From the NCBI GenBank assembly GCA_963667515.2, contig CAXXXY010000009.1:10569-74568 (forward strand): 64,000 bases of DNA, given 5' to 3'. The notes beneath the pieces were generated by a model that saw only the letters and a program-made list of their open reading frames with translations, was not told where the DNA came from and made no database searches. Source of the DNA: Dehalococcoidia bacterium. GTDB lineage: Bacteria; Chloroflexota; Dehalococcoidia; UBA2979. Shown here piece by piece: positions 37,878 through 55,452 of this stretch; positions within the stretch are counted from its first letter, which is position 1; every line of letters begins with the position of its first letter. Made by a program: the position numbers and the translations under genes.

Positions 37878-37992
37878 GCGCCAATCGTACGTGCGAACGC
37901 GTGTTCGGCGCCCGATGGCGAGCCGCACCGCACATTGCTTCCGGATACCCCGCCGGTGCTGCCGCCTCCGGCGTACGGGCAGGCCGGCCGCC

Positions 37993-39096
37993 TCAGGCGT
38001 GCCAGCGCTGCGCGGTCCACTGCTCGCGCGAGCTGGGGGGCCGGCGTGCCGCGACGCTCGCGATCAGCCCCGCCGCGAGCGCCATCGCGACGAGCGCCGA
38101 GCCGCCCTGCGAGACGAAGGGGAGCGGGATGCCGGTGGCCGGCAGCAGGCGCAGGTTCACCGCGACGTGCACCGTGGCCTGCGCGAAGAGCACGGCGGTG
38201 AGCCCGGCCGCGAGCACCCGCCCCAGCCGGTCGGGCGCGCGAGCCGCGGCGAGCAGCCCGCGCCACGCGATCAGCGCGATCAGCGCGAGCACGGCCGCCG
38301 CGCCGAGCAGCCCGAGCTGCTCGCCCACGAGCGCGAAGACGAAGTCCGAGGCGCGCGCCGGCACGAAGGCGAGCGCCGAGTCGGCGGGCTGGAGCAGCCC
38401 GCGCCCCGTGAGCCCGCCCGAGCCCAGCGCGAGCTCCACCTGCCGCAGCGTGAAGCCGCTGCCCAGCGGGTCGCGCCCCGGATCGACGAAGGTGGCAATG
38501 CGCTCGCGCTGGTAGTCCGGGACGGCGACGGCGAAGAGCAGCGGCGCGGCCGCGAGCGCGCAGGCGGCGGTGAGCGCGAGCGGCCGCCACGGCATGCCCC
38601 ACGTGACCACCACCGCGAGCCACGCCGCCAGCAGCACGAGAGCCGTCCCCACGTCGGGCTGGAGCGCGACGAGGCCCAGCGGCGGCGCCACCAGCGCGAG
38701 CGAGCCGAGCAGCGAGCGCGACGCCGGCGCTCGCGAGGCGGCGAGGGCGGCGAGCGCCACGACCAGCGCGATCTTCGCGAACTCGGAGGGCTGCACCGTG
38801 CTCCCGCCGACGCCCAACCAGCGCTGCGAGCCGAACTCGGCGGAGCCCGCCGCGAGCACGGCGCCCAGCGCCAGCAGCGCCAGCGCGTAGCCGGCGGCGG
38901 GGAGCGCGGCCCGGCGCAGCAGCCGGTAGTCGAGGCGGGCCATCGTCAGCAGCGCCGCGAGCGCGGCGGTGGCGAAGAGCGCCTGCCGGCCCGCGCCGCC
39001 GTCGCCGACGCCCGCCGTCAGCACGCCGAGCGCGAGCAGCGCGACCACCGCGCCCGCCAGCCAGCCGTCCAGCCGCCAGCCGAGCCAGCAGATCAC
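37993..39096 (-). CDS. rodA: rod shape-determining SEDS protein
   Basis: GSQRWL, QPSEFAK, LQPDVGT, DYQRERI, ASDFVFA..GE, GIPLPFVSQGGS. Confidence 0.92.
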   Translation of the reverse strand: MICWLGWRLDGWLAGAVVALLALGVLTAGVGDGGAGRQALFATAALAALLTMARLDYRLLRRAALPAAGYALALLALGAVLAAGSAEFGSQRWLGVGGSTVQPSEFAKIALVVALAALAASRAPASRSLLGSLALVAPPLGLVALQPDVGTALVLLAAWLAVVVTWGMPWRPLALTAACALAAAPLLFAVAVPDYQRERIATFVDPGRDPLGSGFTLRQVELALGSGGLTGRGLLQPADSALAFVPARASDFVFALVGEQLGLLGAAAVLALIALIAWRGLLAAARAPDRLGRVLAAGLTAVLFAQATVHVAVNLRLLPATGIPLPFVSQGGSALVAMALAAGLIASVAARRPPSSREQWTAQRWHA

Positions 39097-41025
39097 GGCG
39101 CGTCCGCCGTCGCCGTGCGCACGCGCCCGCCCGGCGCCATGTACGCTTCGAAGATCTCGCGCGCGACGGGCGCGGCGTCGAGCGCGCCCACGCCGTGCTC
39201 GAGGTAGACGACCACGGCGATCTCGGCCTGCTCGTACGGCCCCCAGCCCAGGTACCACACCGTGGGTGTCGAAGCTCCCGTCGGCGTGCGCGACGCCGAA
39301 CTCGGCGGTGCCGGTCTTGCCGGCGATCGTCAGGCCGACCGGCTCGCCCCGCACCGCCGTGCCGCCCGGATCGGCCGCGCGGCGCAGCGCGTCCGCGACC
39401 ACCGCGATCTGCTCGGCGCTCGCGGGGAGCCGGCCCCCGACGGTGGGCGGCAGCGGCTGCACGCCGGCTTCATCGCGGGTGGCGCCGACCACGCGCGGCA
39501 CGAGCACCTCGCCGCCGTTCGCGAGCGCCGCCGCCGCGACCGCCATCTGCAGCGGCGTGACGGTGAGGAAGCCCTGCCCGATGCCCAGCGTGTAGGTGTC
39601 GCCCAGCACCCAGGGCTCGTCGCGCGCCTCGCGCTTCCAGGCGGCGTCGGGCACGAGGCCCGCCGCCTCGCCCGGCAGGTCGACGCCCGTCGGGCTGCCG
39701 AGGCCGAAGGCGCGCGCGTAGCTCGCCACGCGCTCCACGCCCAGCCCCTCGAAGAGCTGCCGCCCGCCCTGCGAGTAGCCGCCCGCGAGGTAGTAGTAGT
39801 AGACGTCGGAGGAGCGCACGAGCCCGCCCGCGAAGTCGAGCGAGCCGTGCGCCGCCCAGTCGCGGAAGACGTAGCGGACATCGGGCCTGAACTCGTCCTG
39901 CACGGTGATCGCGCCCGTGCTGACGATGCGCGTCTCGGGCGTGGCGACGCCCTCGCGCAACGCGGCGAGCCCGACGATCGGCTTGAAGATCGAGCCCGGC
40001 GCGTGCACCTCGGCGAGCGCGCGGTCGACCAGCGGCCGCCGCGGATCGTCGAGCAGCGCGGCGAACGCCTCGGGGTCGACGGAGCCGCCCGAGAAGACGC
40101 CGGCGTCGACGGCCGGCAGCGAGACGAGCGCCAGCAGGTCGCCCGTGCGCACGTCCAGCACAACGGCCGCGCCCACGGCCTGCGGCTCCGCGCGGCCCGG
40201 CGGGTCGGCGGGTCGCGGGGCAGGCAGCGCCCCGCCGATGGCGCGCGCGAGCGCCTCCGCGGCCGCTCGCTGCAGTCGCGGGTCGATGCTCAGCACCAGG
40301 CCGTCGCCGGCCTCGGGCGGCTGCTCCGCGATCACCTCCAGCACGCGGCCCGCGGGCGTGGCCGCGACCAGCCGCCGGCCCGCGCTGCCGTGCAGCGTCT
40401 CCTCGTGCGTCAGCTCGACGCCCGAGCGCCCGACCCGCGCGTCGAGCGGGTAGCCCGCGTCGAGGTAGGCGTCGACCGCCTCGGCGGGCAGCGGCGCCAC
40501 GTGGCCCAGGATGCGCCCGTAGAGCTCACCGCCCTCGTAGACGCGGACGGCGCGCGCCTGCACGGCGACGCCGGGCAGCGGGGCGAGCGCGGCGCGCAGA
40601 CGGATCGCCTCCGCCTCGTCGAGGCCGCGGCGCAGCGTGAGCGGCGCGAAGGCGTCGGGGGCGGCGCGCCCCCGCGCCAGCAGCGCCTCCAGCTCGGCGT
40701 AGGGCGTGCCGAGCTCCCGCTCCAGCTCGCGCAGCACGCCGACCTCGACGGCGGCGTCGGCGGCGATCTCGCCGGGGATCAGCACCAGTGCCAGCTCGGG
40801 CACGTTGCGCACCAGCGCCCGGCCGTCGCGGTCGTAGATCAGCCCGAGCGGCGCCTCGACGCGCTCGACGCGGAGCACCCGCCCGTCGACCTGCGCGCGC
40901 AGCGGCTCCGCCTCGATGAGCTGCATGCGGGCGAGCTGGAGCGCGAGCACGACGAGCAGCAGCACGCCGCCCGCGGCCAGCAGCACGAGGCGGCGCGTCG
41001 GGGGGAGCTCGCCAGCCTCACGCAC
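39093..41025 (-). pseudogene. mrdA: penicillin-binding protein 2, +1 frameshift at ~39259
   Basis: GLIYDRDG, PGSIFK, SSD, GKTGTAE; the C-terminus WYLGWGPYEQAEIAVVVYLEHG is in another frame. Confidence 0.88.
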
Positions 41026-41029
41026 GCGG

Positions 41030-41638
41030 CTAGCCGAAGAGCCCGCGGCGTCGAGGCCGCAGCGGGCGCAGCAGCAGCGCGAGGGCGGCGGCGAGGGCGG
41101 CGCTCCACGCCGCGGCGCCGACGATGCTCGGGCCGAGCGCGGAGAGCAGCGCGGGCCGGCCCGCGGCGAGCGCGAGCAGCGCGAGGTAGGCGGCCGCGCC
41201 CACGGCGGCGGCGGCCGCGGCGCGCAGCGCCACGTCGGCAGGCGGCGATTCGCCCGCCGAGCGAGCATCGAGGGCCGACCGGCCGCGGCCCCATGGCGCT
41301 CGCCGGGGCAGCGCGCGCGCGGTGACGGCGAGCGCCGCGGTGGGCAGCAACGCGAGCAGGAACCAGCCCACGCGCTCCGTCGACACGGCGCCCAGCGCGG
41401 CGGCCGCCACGACGAGGGCCGGCGCGACCTCGATGGGGTCGCGCGCGGCGCCCCACGCCGCCACCAGCGCGACCGGCAGCAGCGGCGCCGCGGCGCCGAG
41501 CGCGCCCGCGGGGAACAGCGCCGGCACGAGCGAGAGCTGGAGCACGACGAGCGCGGCGGCGAGCGTCGCTGCGGCGGCCGCCGCCACGGCGCTGGGGCGC
41601 GGCGCGGCGCGCTGAGCGGGCGCGTCGCCGACGATCAT
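41030..41638 (-). CDS. mreD: MreD-like membrane protein
   Basis: Very hydrophobic; lies between mreC and mrdA. Confidence 0.65.
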   Translation of the reverse strand: MIVGDAPAQRAAPRPSAVAAAAAATLAAALVVLQLSLVPALFPAGALGAAAPLLPVALVAAWGAARDPIEVAPALVVAAAALGAVSTERVGWFLLALLPTAALAVTARALPRRAPWGRGRSALDARSAGESPPADVALRAAAAAAVGAAAYLALLALAAGRPALLSALGPSIVGAAAWSAALAAALALLLRPLRPRRRGLFG

Positions 41639-42519
41639 GGCGATGCCGCCCCGTCCGGCGCCGCATCGAGCGCGGCGCCGGGCAGCGGATCGGTCAGCAG
41701 CAGCAGCTGCTCCAGCCGCGCGTAGTCGACGAGCGGCTCGACCTCGACGGTGGCGAAGAGGTCGTGCGGCTGGGCGCGGACGGCGGTGATGCGGCCGGCG
41801 AGCAGGCCCGGCGGGAGCCGCCCGCCGAGCGCCGAGGTGAGCACGGCGTCGCCCACCGCGATGGGCGCGCCCGGCGGCACCAGCTCGAGGCGCAGCCCGC
41901 CGCTGCCGCCCGCGAGGGCGCCCGGCGTGCGCGAGCCCTGCACCACGGCCGTGACGGCCGAGCCCGCGTCGATGAGCAGCCGCACGCGGGCGCTGCGCTC
42001 GGCGACCTCGGTGACGACGCCGACGAGCGTGGCTGCGGGGCCGAGCGCCGGCTGCCCGACGCGCACGCCGTGCGCGCGCCCGCGGTCGATGAGCAGCGAG
42101 GCGCGAGCCGGCGAGGGATCGCGCGCGAGCACCGAGGCGGCGACGATGCCGGGCGCGCCGCGGCCCTCGACGGCGGCCCCGCCCGGGCCGCTGCCTGCGA
42201 GCGCGCCACCTGCCAGCCCGCCATCCGCGAGGCCGGCCGCACCCACCGCCTCCAGCAGCTCGGCGATCTGCGCGGCGGCAGCGCGCTCCTCGCGCAGCGC
42301 CGCCACCTCCGCCGAGAGGCGCGCCACGTCGCGCTCGAGGTCGGCGTTCTCGGCCGCGAGCGCGCGCAGTTACCCGGCGGAGAGCGCGAGTTCGGAGGCG
42401 GGGCGCACCGCGGCGTCGACCGCGCTCGCGAGCCCGCCCACCACGGTCGAGGCGGCGAGCAGCAGCAGCGCGAGCGCCAGCGTCGCCGAGAGCCATGCGG
42501 TGCTGCGGGTGCCGACCAC
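41635..42519 (-). pseudogene. mreC: MreC with in-frame TAA at 42370-42372
   Basis: TM, coiled coil (LAAENADL), IDRGRAHGV..G, VGVVTEV, VLTSALGG..PPG; the frame is continuous apart from one TAA. Confidence 0.85.
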
Positions 42520-42600
42520 GCGCTCTGCCCCCGACCCCTTCGTCGCCTGCGGCCGCGTGGGGAGCGCCGCGGCCGCGGCGAGCGCGCCGTGCGAGGTGTG

Positions 42601-43662
<1,062 letters not shown>

Positions 43663-43792
43663 GTTGTGCCTGTGCCGGTGCTCGGGGAGACGAGCCGAGT
43701 ATAGGGCCGGGGCCGCGCCCCCGCAAAAGAGGGGCGCGGGGAGCCGGATCGCGGCCTTTCGGCGCTCCCTCGGCGCTCCGTGGGGGCATCGC

Positions 43793-47483
<3,691 letters not shown>

Positions 47484-47627
47484 CGCCCGCCGTCCCACGC
47501 GCGGCCTCGGCCGCGGCGCACGCCGACCGATCGCCGACTGCCGGCATCGCCCGTAGACTCGTAGCGCGGGCCGGCCCGCCGATCGCCGCGCGTGCGCGGT
47601 CGAGCGGAGCCCCGCGGCGGGCGAGCG

Positions 47628-48470
47628 ATGCTGACCAAGCGGATCATCCCCTGCTTCGACGTCGATCGCGGGCGCGTGGTGAAGGGCATCTCCTTCGTGG
47701 AGCTGCGCGACGCCGGCGACCCCGTGGAGCTGGCGCGCGCCTACGACGCGGACGGCGCGGACGAGCTCGTCTTCCTCGACATAACCGCGTCGAGCGACGG
47801 GCGTGAGAGCACCTACGAGATGATCGCGCAGACCGCCGACGAGGTCTTCATCCCGCTGACCGTCGGCGGCGGCGTGCGCGTGCCGAACGACATGCGACGC
47901 ATGCTGGAGCACGGCGCCGACAAGGTCTCCGTGAACACGGCCGCCGTCGAGCGGCCCGAGCTCGTCGAGGAGGGGGCGCGGCGCTTCGGTTCGCAGTGCA
48001 TCGTCGTCGCGATCGACGCGAAGCGGGTCGCGGGGAAGCCGGGCGATCCGCCGCGCTGGCACGTCTACACGCACGGTGGGCGGCGCGTCACGGAGTGGGA
48101 CGCCGTGGAGTGGGCGCGCGAGGCAGTGGAGCGCGGCGCGGGCGAGCTGCTCGTCACCTCGATGGACGCGGACGGCCATCAGGAGGGCTACGACCTGGCG
48201 CTGCTGCGGCAGGTCGCGGACGCCGTCGAGGTGCCGGTGATCGCCTCGGGCGGCGCGGGCGAGCCCGAGCACCTCTACCGCGCGCTGACGGAGGGCGGGG
48301 CGGACGCGGTGCTCGCGGCCTCGATCTTCCACTTCGGCCGCTACGACATGGCCACGCTGAAGCGCTACCTCGCCGACCGCGGCGTCGCGGTGCGCCCGAT
48401 CGACGCGCCACGCGCCGAGCCGGCCGGTGCCCCCAGCGACGATCCCGGAACGGAGAGCCCCGATGCCTGA
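47628..48470 (+). CDS. hisF: IGP synthase cyclase subunit
   Basis: [32 protein letters not shown]. Confidence 0.97.
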   Translation: MLTKRIIPCFDVDRGRVVKGISFVELRDAGDPVELARAYDADGADELVFLDITASSDGRESTYEMIAQTADEVFIPLTVGGGVRVPNDMRRMLEHGADKVSVNTAAVERPELVEEGARRFGSQCIVVAIDAKRVAGKPGDPPRWHVYTHGGRRVTEWDAVEWAREAVERGAGELLVTSMDADGHQEGYDLALLRQVADAVEVPVIASGGAGEPEHLYRALTEGGADAVLAASIFHFGRYDMATLKRYLADRGVAVRPIDAPRAEPAGAPSDDPGTESPDA

Positions 48471-48831
48471 CCCCTCCGAGCTGCGCTACGACGCGCAGGG
48501 GCTGATCCCGGCGATCCTCCAGGACGCGTCGTCCGGCGAGGTGCTGATGCTGGGCTACATGAACCAGGAGACGCTGCGCCGCACCCTGGAGATCGGGCAG
48601 GCCGTCTTCTGGTCGCGCAGCCGGCAGGAGGTCTGGCACAAGGGCGCCACCTCCGGCGACTACGCGCGCGTGCTCTCCGTCACCACCGACTGCGACGCCG
48701 ACGCGCTGGTGCTGCAGGTGGAGCCGCTGGGCGGCGCCGTCTGCCACACGGGCGCCCGCTCCTGCTTCATCGACCTCGAGGCAGGCGGCGAGCCGCGGCC
48801 CGTCACGCTGGGCGCAGCCACGACGAGCTAG
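48463..48831 (+). CDS. hisI: phosphoribosyl-AMP cyclohydrolase
   Basis: [27 protein letters not shown]. Confidence 0.96.
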   Translation: MPDPSELRYDAQGLIPAILQDASSGEVLMLGYMNQETLRRTLEIGQAVFWSRSRQEVWHKGATSGDYARVLSVTTDCDADALVLQVEPLGGAVCHTGARSCFIDLEAGGEPRPVTLGAATTS

Positions 48832-48889
48832 CGGGCGGCGGCGTTGGCGACGAGCTGGCGGGCGACGCCCTTCGCCGCTCCGAGCGCGC

Positions 48890-49435
48890 TCAGATCGCGT
48901 CGGGGTGGCGCGCGCCCGTCTCGTCTCGCCGCGGCGCGCCCGAGCGCTCGGCGAGCCGCTCGCCCTCCATCGCCGCGCCGCCCTCGAGGTCGGGGGCGCG
49001 CCCCGTGAGCTGCGCCGCGAGCACGGCCGCCGGCGCGAAGCCGCGGTTGATCGCCACCAGCTCGCCGCCCTCGCCGTAGACGGCCGTGGTGGGGACGGAG
49101 AGCACGCCGTAGATGTCGGCGATCGGCTGCTCCTCCACGGCGTCGTGGCGCTCGATGCGCAGGCCGGGGAGCTCGCGGGCCAGCGTGTCGAGCGCAGGCT
49201 GCTGCTGGAGGCGGCAGACGACGCAGCTTCGCGTGGTGAAGTAGACGATGCGCGGGCCACGCCTCGGATCGCCGTCGCAACCGCCACGCGGGCCGCCGGC
49301 GCCGCTCCCACGCTCACCGGAGCGCAGCTCGCGCAAGATGCGGGCGTCGCGGCGGGCGAGCCACCAGCGCCCCGCTGCCACCGCCGCTGCGAGCAGCGCG
49401 AGCAACGCGAGCGCGACCAGCGCGCGCTCCAGCAT
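48890..49435 (-). CDS. membrane-anchored thioredoxin-like protein
   Basis: N-terminal TM, CVVC, VLSVPT. Confidence 0.8.
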   Translation of the reverse strand: MLERALVALALLALLAAAVAAGRWWLARRDARILRELRSGERGSGAGGPRGGCDGDPRRGPRIVYFTTRSCVVCRLQQQPALDTLARELPGLRIERHDAVEEQPIADIYGVLSVPTTAVYGEGGELVAINRGFAPAAVLAAQLTGRAPDLEGGAAMEGERLAERSGAPRRDETGARHPDAI

Positions 49436-49440
49436 CGGGG

Positions 49441-49920
49441 CTAGCGCGCGCCGCGGCCGGAGGCGATCGCCGCTGGCAGCAGCCCCACCCGGTCGAGCTG
49501 GAGGTAGACGAAGCAGCCCGCGCAGAACTGCACGGTGAGGTTCACGAAGGCCAGCGCCGAGACGATCCACGTGAGCGCCCAGCCCAGCGGCGTCGCGCCC
49601 GCGAAGAGCGCCGCGGCGGCCGCGAAGAGGAAGGCGGCGCCGAGCCCCTGCGCGAACCGATGCGGCATCGGGTCCTCGGCGTGGATGTCGGCGCGCAGCA
49701 GGCCCAGCGGCAGCAGCAGCCGACGGTGCGCCTGCTGGAAGAGCGCCAGCGGCGCGTAGAGCGTCCCCGCGGCGAGCACGACGCCCGTGGCGAGCACGAG
49801 CCAGCGCCCCCGCTCGTCGCCGAGCACGAAGGCCAGCACCGTTGCCCCGACGATCAACGCCTGGTTCGTGCGCAGCGTGTTGCGGTCCACGCGGTAGCCG
49901 CTCTCGACCTCGTTCGACAT
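49441..49920 (-). CDS. DUF4395 family membrane protein
   Basis: R.NQ, EDPMPHRFAQGLG, FCAGCFVY. Confidence 0.85.
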   Translation of the reverse strand: MSNEVESGYRVDRNTLRTNQALIVGATVLAFVLGDERGRWLVLATGVVLAAGTLYAPLALFQQAHRRLLLPLGLLRADIHAEDPMPHRFAQGLGAAFLFAAAAALFAGATPLGWALTWIVSALAFVNLTVQFCAGCFVYLQLDRVGLLPAAIASGRGAR

Positions 49921-50101
49921 CGTCACCGTCCCTGCTCCCGCGCGCCCGCCCACGAGGTCCGATCCACGAGGTCCGGTTGCGAGGGGCGCGCGTCGCGAAT
50001 CCGGACATTCGCGAGCGCGTTACTCAGGATCACCAGCGTAGCATGGGCGTCACGCCGGCTCGCCGGCTCCCCGACGCGCGGCGGGCGCTTGCGGCGCCGT
50101 C

Positions 50102-51037
50102 TCAGCGCGGGCGAGGCGGCCCGACGCCGTGCTCAGCGTCCTCGGCCCGCGCCCGCTCCAGCGCGGCGACGGCGACCTGGATCTGCTCGTCGTTCGGCTC
50201 GCGCGTCGTCAGCCGCTGCAGCGCCAGGTTGCCCCAGAACGCCCAGCGCACGACTGGGGCGTGGGGGTGGGCGCCGGCGAAGCGGATCGCCTCGTAGGCG
50301 AGCGCGGCGACCAGCGGCACCAGCGCCACGCGCGAGGCCAGCCACCACGGCAGCGGCGGCGCCCCCAGCGGCAGGAACACCAGCGCGGCGACCACCGCCA
50401 CCGTCAGCAGGAACGAGGTGCCGCAGCGCGGGTGCTCGCGCGGCTCGCGGCGGATCGCCGGAATGGTCAGCCCGTGGCCGTGCTCCATCGCCGCGATCGT
50501 CATGTGCTCCGCGCCGTGGTACTGGAAGAGCCGCCGCACCTCGGCGGTGCGCCCGATCGCCCAGACGTAGCCCACGACCAGCGCGACGCGCAGCAGCCCC
50601 TCGGCGACGACGGCGAGCCACGGCGCCGGCAGCGGGCCGGTGAGCCACGCCGTGAGCAGCACGGGGCCGAGGAAGAAGATCGCGATCGCGCCCGCAAGCG
50701 AGGCGAACGCGCCCGCCCACGCGCGCCGCCCCACGCGTGCCATGTCGTCGGCGTCGCGCAGCCGGTTCTCCGCGATCGCGCTCGACCAGGAGAGCGCCCG
50801 CACCCCGAGCGCGATCGTCTCCCACAGCGCCAGCACGCCGCGCAGCAGCGGCACGCGGCGCACGGGGCCGGTCAGCAGCCCGCCGAGGCGCTGCGCGTGC
50901 ACGGCGATGCTCCCGTCCGGCCGGCGGGCGGCGACCGCCATCGCGTGGCGGCCGCGGATCATCACGCCCTCCACCACGGCCTGCCCGCCGTAGGCAGCAG
51001 GCGGGGTCGGCCCGCCGAGACTCGGCGCGCCGCTCAC
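50102..51037 (-). CDS. DUF1385 protein
   Basis: GGQAVVEGVM, FQYHGAEH, HPRCGTSF, LQRLTTREP. Confidence 0.92.
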   Translation of the reverse strand: MSGAPSLGGPTPPAAYGGQAVVEGVMIRGRHAMAVAARRPDGSIAVHAQRLGGLLTGPVRRVPLLRGVLALWETIALGVRALSWSSAIAENRLRDADDMARVGRRAWAGAFASLAGAIAIFFLGPVLLTAWLTGPLPAPWLAVVAEGLLRVALVVGYVWAIGRTAEVRRLFQYHGAEHMTIAAMEHGHGLTIPAIRREPREHPRCGTSFLLTVAVVAALVFLPLGAPPLPWWLASRVALVPLVAALAYEAIRFAGAHPHAPVVRWAFWGNLALQRLTTREPNDEQIQVAVAALERARAEDAEHGVGPPRPR

Positions 51038-51160
51038 GCGCGGACCGGGCGGGAACGCGCGCGGCCAGGGACCGGCGGAGGCACGAGCGGCGGCGGGCCC
51101 ACCGGCAGCGGCGGGGGCAGGAGGTGCGGTGCCGGCACCGGAAGCACCGGAAGCGGCGAG

Positions 51161-51475
51161 CTAGCTCTCCGCCTGCTCGTCGCCGGCTCCCGCGTCCGCG
51201 GTGGGGGCGTCCGCCGTCGGGGCGCTCTGGGCCGCGGCAGGCGCGTCCTCGGCGGCGGTGTCGGCGGGGGCGCCCGCGGGGCGCGCGTAGCGGCGCCGGA
51301 AGCGCTCGACGCGACCCGCGGTGTCGACGATGCGCTGCTCGCCCGTGAAGTACGGGTGGCAGGCGGAGCAGACGTCCACGTGGATCTGCGCCTTGGTGGA
51401 GCGCGTCACCCAGCTGTTGCCGCAGGCGCAGCTGATGGTGGCCTCGACGTAGTCGGGGTGGATGCCGGCCTTCAT
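51161..51475 (-). CDS. rpmE: 50S ribosomal protein L31 (Zn-type)
   Basis: [21 protein letters not shown]. Confidence 0.97.
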   Translation of the reverse strand: MKAGIHPDYVEATISCACGNSWVTRSTKAQIHVDVCSACHPYFTGEQRIVDTAGRVERFRRRYARPAGAPADTAAEDAPAAAQSAPTADAPTADAGAGDEQAES

Positions 51476-51550
51476 GGCGCTCCTACTCTCGCGTGCTGAC
51501 CCGCGTGCTGGACCTGCGCGCTGGACCGGGCGGTGCCCGACCTGCCGCCG

Positions 51551-51826
51551 CTAGGAGGCGGCGGAGAGGCCGGCGGGGAGAATCGACACCTGCTTGCGCC
51601 GGCCCTTGGCGTACGGCGAGAACTTCACCGCTCCGTCGACGCGCGCCCACAGCGTGTGATCGCGGCCCACGCCGACGTTGCTGCCCGCGTGGATGCGGGT
51701 GCCGCGCTGCCGCACGAGGATCGAGCCGGCGGTGACGATCTGGCCGTCGTAGCGCTTCACGCCCAGGCGCTGCGAGTTGGAGTCCCGGCCGTTGCGGCTG
51801 GAGCCGCCGGACTTCTTGTGGGCCAT
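51551..51826 (-). CDS. rpmA: 50S ribosomal protein L27
   Basis: [16 protein letters not shown]. Confidence 0.98.
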   Translation of the reverse strand: MAHKKSGGSSRNGRDSNSQRLGVKRYDGQIVTAGSILVRQRGTRIHAGSNVGVGRDHTLWARVDGAVKFSPYAKGRRKQVSILPAGLSAAS

Positions 51827-51854
51827 CGCTGTCGCTCTCCCGGTGCCGGCGGCG

Positions 51855-52190
51855 CTAGCCGCGCACGATCGCGGTGATCGCGAGCTGCGTGCGGCGCTGC
51901 CGGTGGCCCCGGCGGGTGCGCTGCCGCGTCTTGTTCTTGTACCGGATCATATCAAGGTGCGGACCGCGGTCCTGCGCCTCGACGCGGGCCGTGACGGAGG
52001 CGCCCGCGACGAGCGGCTCGCCGACCGCCAGCTCGCCCGCATCGCCGCCCGCGTCGGCGTCGGGGCCCACGAGCAGCACCTCGTCGAGGGTGACCTCGTC
52101 GCCGGGCTCGCCGTCGAGGCGCTCGACCGCGATGCGGTCGCCCTCGCGGACGCGGTACTGCTTGCCGCCCGTGCGGACGATCGCGAACAT
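51855..52190 (-). CDS. rplU: 50S ribosomal protein L21
   Basis: [18 protein letters not shown]. Confidence 0.97.
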   Translation of the reverse strand: MFAIVRTGGKQYRVREGDRIAVERLDGEPGDEVTLDEVLLVGPDADAGGDAGELAVGEPLVAGASVTARVEAQDRGPHLDMIRYKNKTRQRTRRGHRQRRTQLAITAIVRG

Positions 52191-52353
52191 AAGCCCCCCT
52201 GCGAGTCGCGGTAGGATCCGAGTCTAGGCACGGCCTCAGGCGCGGTCAATCGGCGTCGCTCGGGGAGGCGCGGCCGTCAGGGGACGGGCGCCGGAGACGG
52301 ACGGGGCGGTCAGGGCGCGGCGCCCGTCGCGCGCAGGTGCCCGTCGCGCGCAG

Positions 52354-53058
52354 GTGAGGGAGTCGGCGCTGGATCTGCTGCTCGACGTGCTGACGGCGCC
52401 CCTCGACGCGCTCAACTGGCTGACCGACCAGCTCTTCCTGCTGCTCAACGAGCTCTTCGAGCGCTTTGGCACGCCGATCGTCTTCGTGGCCGCGCTAGCC
52501 GAGGCGACGGTCGGCGTCGGGGTGGTGTTCCCCGGCGTGGTGCTGCTCTTCCTGGGCGGCGCCTTCGCGCGCGGCGACGGCTCGGAGCTGGCGCTCGTGC
52601 TCGCGCTCGGCATCGCCGGCACCATGCTGGGCGACACGATCTCCTACACGCTGGGGCGCTTCGGGAGCGGCTGGGTGGTGGAGAGTCGCTTCGGCTCCAC
52701 CGTGCGCCTGGGCGCGTCGTTGATGTCGGGTCGGACGCGCTGGCTGATCCCGTTCTACCACCTGCACAGCGCCACCCGCGCGGTGGGACCGTTCGGCGCA
52801 GGGGTGATCCGGCTGCCGCTGCGGATGTGGATGCCGCTGGACTATGCGGGCGCGGTGATTGCGAACTCGATCTGGATCGGAGCCGGCGCGGTGCTCGGAC
52901 GGGCGGTGCTGACCGAGGATGGTCGGCTGGAGCAGCACCCCGCGCTGCGCATCGGTCTCGCTGTGGGCGCAACGGTGTGGCTGCTGCTGATGCACCGCGT
53001 GCTCCAGCAGAAGCTCGCCCAGCTACGCGCCCGCGGCGAGCGCTCCGCTCGACCGTAG
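52354..53058 (+). CDS. DedA family membrane protein
   Basis: AE....GVVFPG, LGDTISY.LGR. Confidence 0.85.
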   Translation: MRESALDLLLDVLTAPLDALNWLTDQLFLLLNELFERFGTPIVFVAALAEATVGVGVVFPGVVLLFLGGAFARGDGSELALVLALGIAGTMLGDTISYTLGRFGSGWVVESRFGSTVRLGASLMSGRTRWLIPFYHLHSATRAVGPFGAGVIRLPLRMWMPLDYAGAVIANSIWIGAGAVLGRAVLTEDGRLEQHPALRIGLAVGATVWLLLMHRVLQQKLAQLRARGERSARP

Positions 53059-53252
53059 GGGCAACGTTCCGTTGCATTCGAGGGGCTGCCGCCGCTGCCG
53101 AGCAGCGCTTGCCGTGGGACGAGCGGGCGGTCACGGGCCGACCGGGGCTCGCGATGCAGCGCGGGCCGATACGCGCGAGCACTCGGACGGACACCGCTCG
53201 ACGAGCGCCGTTGAGCAGCGGCGGCAGCCCCTCGGGTCGAGCGGAACGCTCG
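53059..53252. repeat. inverted pair of REP-like copies between convergent dedA and ftsH
   Basis: GCAACGTTCCGTTGCATTCGAGGGGCTGCCGCCGCTGC ... GCAGCGGCGGCAGCCCCTCGGGTCGAGCGGAACGCTC. Confidence 0.75.
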
Positions 53253-55247
<1,995 letters not shown>

Positions 55248-55452
55248 GAGCGCCCCGGAATCTCGTTCGTCATGGCGTTCGCATCTCGGTCGGCGGAGCG
55301 TGCCCGCGCGCCGCCGCCGCAGAGCGCCGATCGCCGCCGGGGAGCGCCCGCCGGCGCGCACCGACAGATCGAGTCTAGCACCCGCGTCGCGGCGGATGCC
55401 CCCCGATCATCGACGCGGCGCGTGCCGCGCGCAGCAGCGACCGAGGCGCTAG

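Noticed and set aside
42370-42372. Programmed stop read-through in mreC
   Set aside because: The codon is TAA, not TGA or TAG, and no recoding signal is seen
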